NCBI GenBank assembly: GCA_029865005.1
Contig: JAOTSI010000001.1
Span: 1-40,716, forward strand
Length of the DNA: 40,716 nt
DNA from: Desulfobulbaceae bacterium
GTDB lineage: Bacteria > Desulfobacterota > Desulfobulbia > Desulfobulbales > Desulfobulbaceae
Direction of reading: 5' to 3'
Shown: piece by piece, positions 38,073 to 40,716 of the stretch
Position numbering within the stretch: the first letter of the stretch is position 1
Layout of the letters: the number at the start of each line of letters is the position of its first letter
The notes under the pieces: generated by a model
Seen by the model: the letters and a program-made list of their open reading frames with translations, nothing else
Database searches by the model: none
Told to the model about the DNA's origin: nothing
Made by a program: the position numbers and the translations under genes

Positions 38073-38230
38073 GTAACTGCTCACCGGATTGAAAAGAAAA
38101 GTTTTATTACATCGGCACGGTAAGCGTTTACCAGTGCATCGGATGTGGGTGATCAGGCCGGTGAACTATAGTTATTCCTATATGAATCCGACCTGATCGC
38201 GTGCAAACATGGTACTGGTGAACGCTTACC
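38073..38230 (-). repeat. Family C palindromic repeat, full copy in inverted orientation
   Basis: It reads gtaactgctcaccgg..aaaagttttatt..ggtaagcgtttaccagtg ... ggtactggtgaacgcttacc. Confidence 0.65.
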
Positions 38231-38306
38231 TAAAATCTTACAAGAGAGTCATCGCCTATTGGTCCCGTTAATTGCCACATAATACCGTGACACCTCCCCC
38301 CAATGT

Positions 38307-38344
38307 TTTCATATATTTTTCACATTTAGTTCACAAAAAGTTCA
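38307..38344 (+). promoter_or_regulatory. Four phased direct repeats TTCA(T/C) at exact 11-bp spacing (cre-tag-like OmpR/PhoB-type response-regulator site) upstream of creD
   Basis: The repeats are TTCAT 38307, TTCAC 38318, TTCAC 38329 and TTCAT 38340. An AT-rich -10-like region (tattataaaat) follows, and the creD ATG is at 38413. Confidence 0.5.
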
Positions 38345-38412
38345 TCCCATCTATTTATTATAAAATTAAGAATGATAATTTCATAAGATGAAATAATAGA
38401 GAGGGTGAATTA

Positions 38413-39753
38413 ATGAGTATAGAAATTATACATCGTAAATTTTCAGAATTTGTACGTAACTCCGTTAGCATTAAGATTATAGCTATTGGTTTACTTGTAT
38501 GCGTATTAATGATTCCGATGTCTATGATCGACTCGCTTATACAAGAAAGGCAAATGAGGCGAGATAGTGTGATTAATGAGATAAGCGATAAATGGGGACA
38601 AGAACAAACAATAGCTGGACCGGTACTGACCATACCTTATAAGAAACATTTTAAGGATAATCACGGAAACACCTCATTTTCATTTTCATATATGCATTTT
38701 TTACCCAAAAAACTGCATATTTCAGGTTCAGTGCGCCCAGAGATTCGCTATAGAAGTATTTACGAGGTAGTGCTCTATGATGTGGGCCTCAACTTTGAAG
38801 GAACTTTTGAGTATCCAAGATTTGAAGAATTGGGAGTTCCAGCCGAAGACATCCAATGGTCAGCAGCAACTCTCTCCATGGGTATTTCCGATATGAGGGG
38901 TATAAAAGATAGTATTTCGGCCATAGTGGCGGAGAAAACCATATCGTTTCAACCTGGAATAGATTCGAAAGATGTTCTTGATTCCGGAGTAAGTGCTAAG
39001 ATAGAACTTCCTGATGATAAGGTAGATTTCTCATTTAAGCTTGCCGTTAATCTTAACGGAAGTCATGCCATAAACTTTGTTCCAATTGGTGGAACCACCA
39101 CCGTTTCTTTGGTCTCCAGATGGTCAAATCCAAGTTTTTCCGGTGCATTTTTACCCAATGAAAGAGAGATTACTAAGCAAGGATTTAAGGCTAGCTGGAA
39201 GATTCTCCATTTGAATCGAAATTATCCACAACAATGGATAGGAAACCAGCAGCGTATTAATAGCTCGTCCTTTGGAGTGAAACTTTTTATCCCTGCGGAT
39301 GTATACCAAAAATCTATGAGAACAGTGAAATATGGTTTCATGTTCATTGTCTTGACTTTTTCAGCCTTTTTCTTCTCAGAAATATCAAATAAAAAACGTA
39401 TCCATCCAGTCCAGTATCTAATGGTCGGTTTTGCGATAATAATTTTTTATTCTTTGCTTATTTCAATATCCGAGCATATTAGTTACGGAATTTCATACTT
39501 AATATCTAGCCTGGCAATTATTTTTCTTATAACTGGATATTCAAATGGAATCCTGAAGAGTAAAAAACTCTCCAGCTTTATTTTTGTTATCTTGTCGACA
39601 CTCTACGGATATCTTTACATTGTTTTGCAACTTGAAGATTATGCTTTGTTAATCGGTAGCATTGGTCTTTTTCTTATCTTAAGCGCTATAATGTATGTTA
39701 CCCGTAAAATAGATTGGTATGACGTAAAGTTTGACAAGTTGGATAATGATTGA
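38413..39753 (+). CDS. creD: Cell envelope integrity protein CreD family
   Basis: 446 aa. An N-terminal TM helix is followed by MIDSLIQERQMRRDSVINEISDKWGQEQTIAGPVLTIPY. A large periplasmic region and about 5 C-terminal TM helices follow, which is the CreD layout. Confidence 0.8.
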   Translation: MSIEIIHRKFSEFVRNSVSIKIIAIGLLVCVLMIPMSMIDSLIQERQMRRDSVINEISDKWGQEQTIAGPVLTIPYKKHFKDNHGNTSFSFSYMHFLPKKLHISGSVRPEIRYRSIYEVVLYDVGLNFEGTFEYPRFEELGVPAEDIQWSAATLSMGISDMRGIKDSISAIVAEKTISFQPGIDSKDVLDSGVSAKIELPDDKVDFSFKLAVNLNGSHAINFVPIGGTTTVSLVSRWSNPSFSGAFLPNEREITKQGFKASWKILHLNRNYPQQWIGNQQRINSSSFGVKLFIPADVYQKSMRTVKYGFMFIVLTFSAFFFSEISNKKRIHPVQYLMVGFAIIIFYSLLISISEHISYGISYLISSLAIIFLITGYSNGILKSKKLSSFIFVILSTLYGYLYIVLQLEDYALLIGSIGLFLILSAIMYVTRKIDWYDVKFDKLDND

Positions 39754-39774
39754 AAACAAAAAAATATTTTTTGT

Positions 39775-40476
39775 TTACCAGGTATTATTACCGCTCACTG
39801 CGTGGACGCCGCTGACGTATTTTGAGTAGGCTGAGGCTCGAATGGGAATGCCCTGGATAATTTCGGAAGCCCGTTCACGCTCGGAACGGTGGAATTTAAT
39901 TTCCACGATTATGATATCTGGCAGGGCCACAGACATGGTGAGATTAGGTTGTGATTTGCGTCGTTGATCAAGTACGGTTTGGTTTTTATCGATAGTTACC
40001 CTGACCAAACCGTCACTACTCAGATAATATTCTCGTTCATAGCGATTGATGATGATTGGAACAGGATGGTGCTGCAGCCACAGTTTCCCCTCAATGGGTA
40101 AGTGATCGCTGATTATACGCTTAAGGTTGATCCAGGAAATGTGCTCATGCCACGGCGCTACGGGAATAGGAAACAAGGTCTTCCAGCCAAACATATTTCT
40201 TTTATGTTTGATTTCAAGCTTCCCGGCTTCTGGTTGAGGATCTTTGCCGTACCAGCGATAGCGCACCTTGGTTCGTCCACTGCGACCCGAGAGGTTAGCA
40301 TCATAGGCATCATAGTTATGGGTGTCAAAATAGATATTATTTACGGCTCGATCAGGATAAGCAATGCGAAAAAATGCTTGATTGTGGAACAGCCAATCTT
40401 TGAGCTGCTCATAATGACTGCGGCGGGTGACAAATTTTATTTCACGCCGTGCATCTTCTGGAACAAGGGGTGCCAT
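39775..40476 (-). CDS. VTC-domain (CYTH-like, polyphosphate polymerase domain) protein
   Basis: Conserved blocks are REIKFV, KVRYRWYG, GKLEIKHKR, VRVTIDKNQ and IIVEIKF, the beta-strand charge pattern typical of the VTC/CYTH tunnel fold. Confidence 0.75.
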   Translation of the reverse strand: MAPLVPEDARREIKFVTRRSHYEQLKDWLFHNQAFFRIAYPDRAVNNIYFDTHNYDAYDANLSGRSGRTKVRYRWYGKDPQPEAGKLEIKHKRNMFGWKTLFPIPVAPWHEHISWINLKRIISDHLPIEGKLWLQHHPVPIIINRYEREYYLSSDGLVRVTIDKNQTVLDQRRKSQPNLTMSVALPDIIIVEIKFHRSERERASEIIQGIPIRASAYSKYVSGVHAVSGNNTW

Positions 40477-40477
40477 T

Positions 40478-40716
40478 TTATTTCATTCCCGGCTTCATAA
40501 CGGTACGGTATAGTTCTTTAATGTCCATATTGGTGGGCTTCACTTTGATTCCATTAAGGGTTATGGTATTGCCGATTTGACTGGCAGCCCCCAGCGTGGT
40601 GTCTTCAATGTGGACGTTTAAAGCTTCTATACTACTTTTTGAATATTCTGATTTTTTATTATAACACATGATTCCTGCCACTAGAGCCTGGGAGATCCGA
40701 CTATCAACAATTACGG
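40478..40716 (-). CDS. 3' end of a gene that starts beyond the window; product unknown
   Basis: The reading frame stays open from the window edge (..VIVDSRISQALVAGIMCYNKK..) to the stop at 40478, 1 nt upstream of the VTC-domain ATG. This suggests translational coupling. The track's GTG start at 40681 is probably internal. Confidence 0.5.
   Translation of the reverse strand, partial: VIVDSRISQALVAGIMCYNKKSEYSKSSIEALNVHIEDTTLGAASQIGNTITLNGIKVKPTNMDIKELYRTVMKPGMK

Noticed and set aside
40102-40500. 132-aa plus-strand ORF
   Set aside because: It is antisense to the well-supported VTC-domain gene, with no independent signals.

Overview
This 40.7-kb window looks like chromosomal DNA from an anaerobic Gram-negative bacterium. 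The lineage guess (deltaproteobacterium/Desulfobulbales-like) is inference only, from gene content such as anSME, HemW, a Ser-type sulfatase and PEGA lipoproteins. I support about 33 protein-coding genes. Recognisable products include monomeric isocitrate dehydrogenase, MtnA, HemW, pirin, a DUF62 SAM hydrolase, and a large Cache/PAS/GGDEF/EAL protein. Also present are an ArsR-permease-thioredoxin-like module, a MarR plus Lnt-like CN-hydrolase pair, a Ser-type sulfatase with its radical-SAM maturase, CreD, a VTC-domain protein, a K+ channel and PEGA lipoproteins. There is one complete IS element at the left edge and one heavily decayed hybrid sensor-kinase pseudogene. I recognised no rRNA, tRNA or CRISPR array. 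The most striking feature is the intergenic DNA, which holds at least four families of small non-autonomous repeats. One is a roughly 280-bp MITE with CATAGCCGTCAGGCTAA termini and 8-10-bp target duplications, caught in two nested insertions. Two others are palindromic element families that share a GTAAG..TCAC terminal 15-mer. The best candidates for undescribed biology are: (1) a tandem pair of ~890-aa polytopic membrane/TPR/C39-like peptidase paralogues, one lacking the catalytic Cys; (2) a membrane protein whose two termini look like the two halves of an acyl-carrier-protein fold, split at the phosphopantetheine serine; and (3) an AT-rich three-gene islet next to the IS. All domain calls were made by eye from the translations. 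No database search was run.
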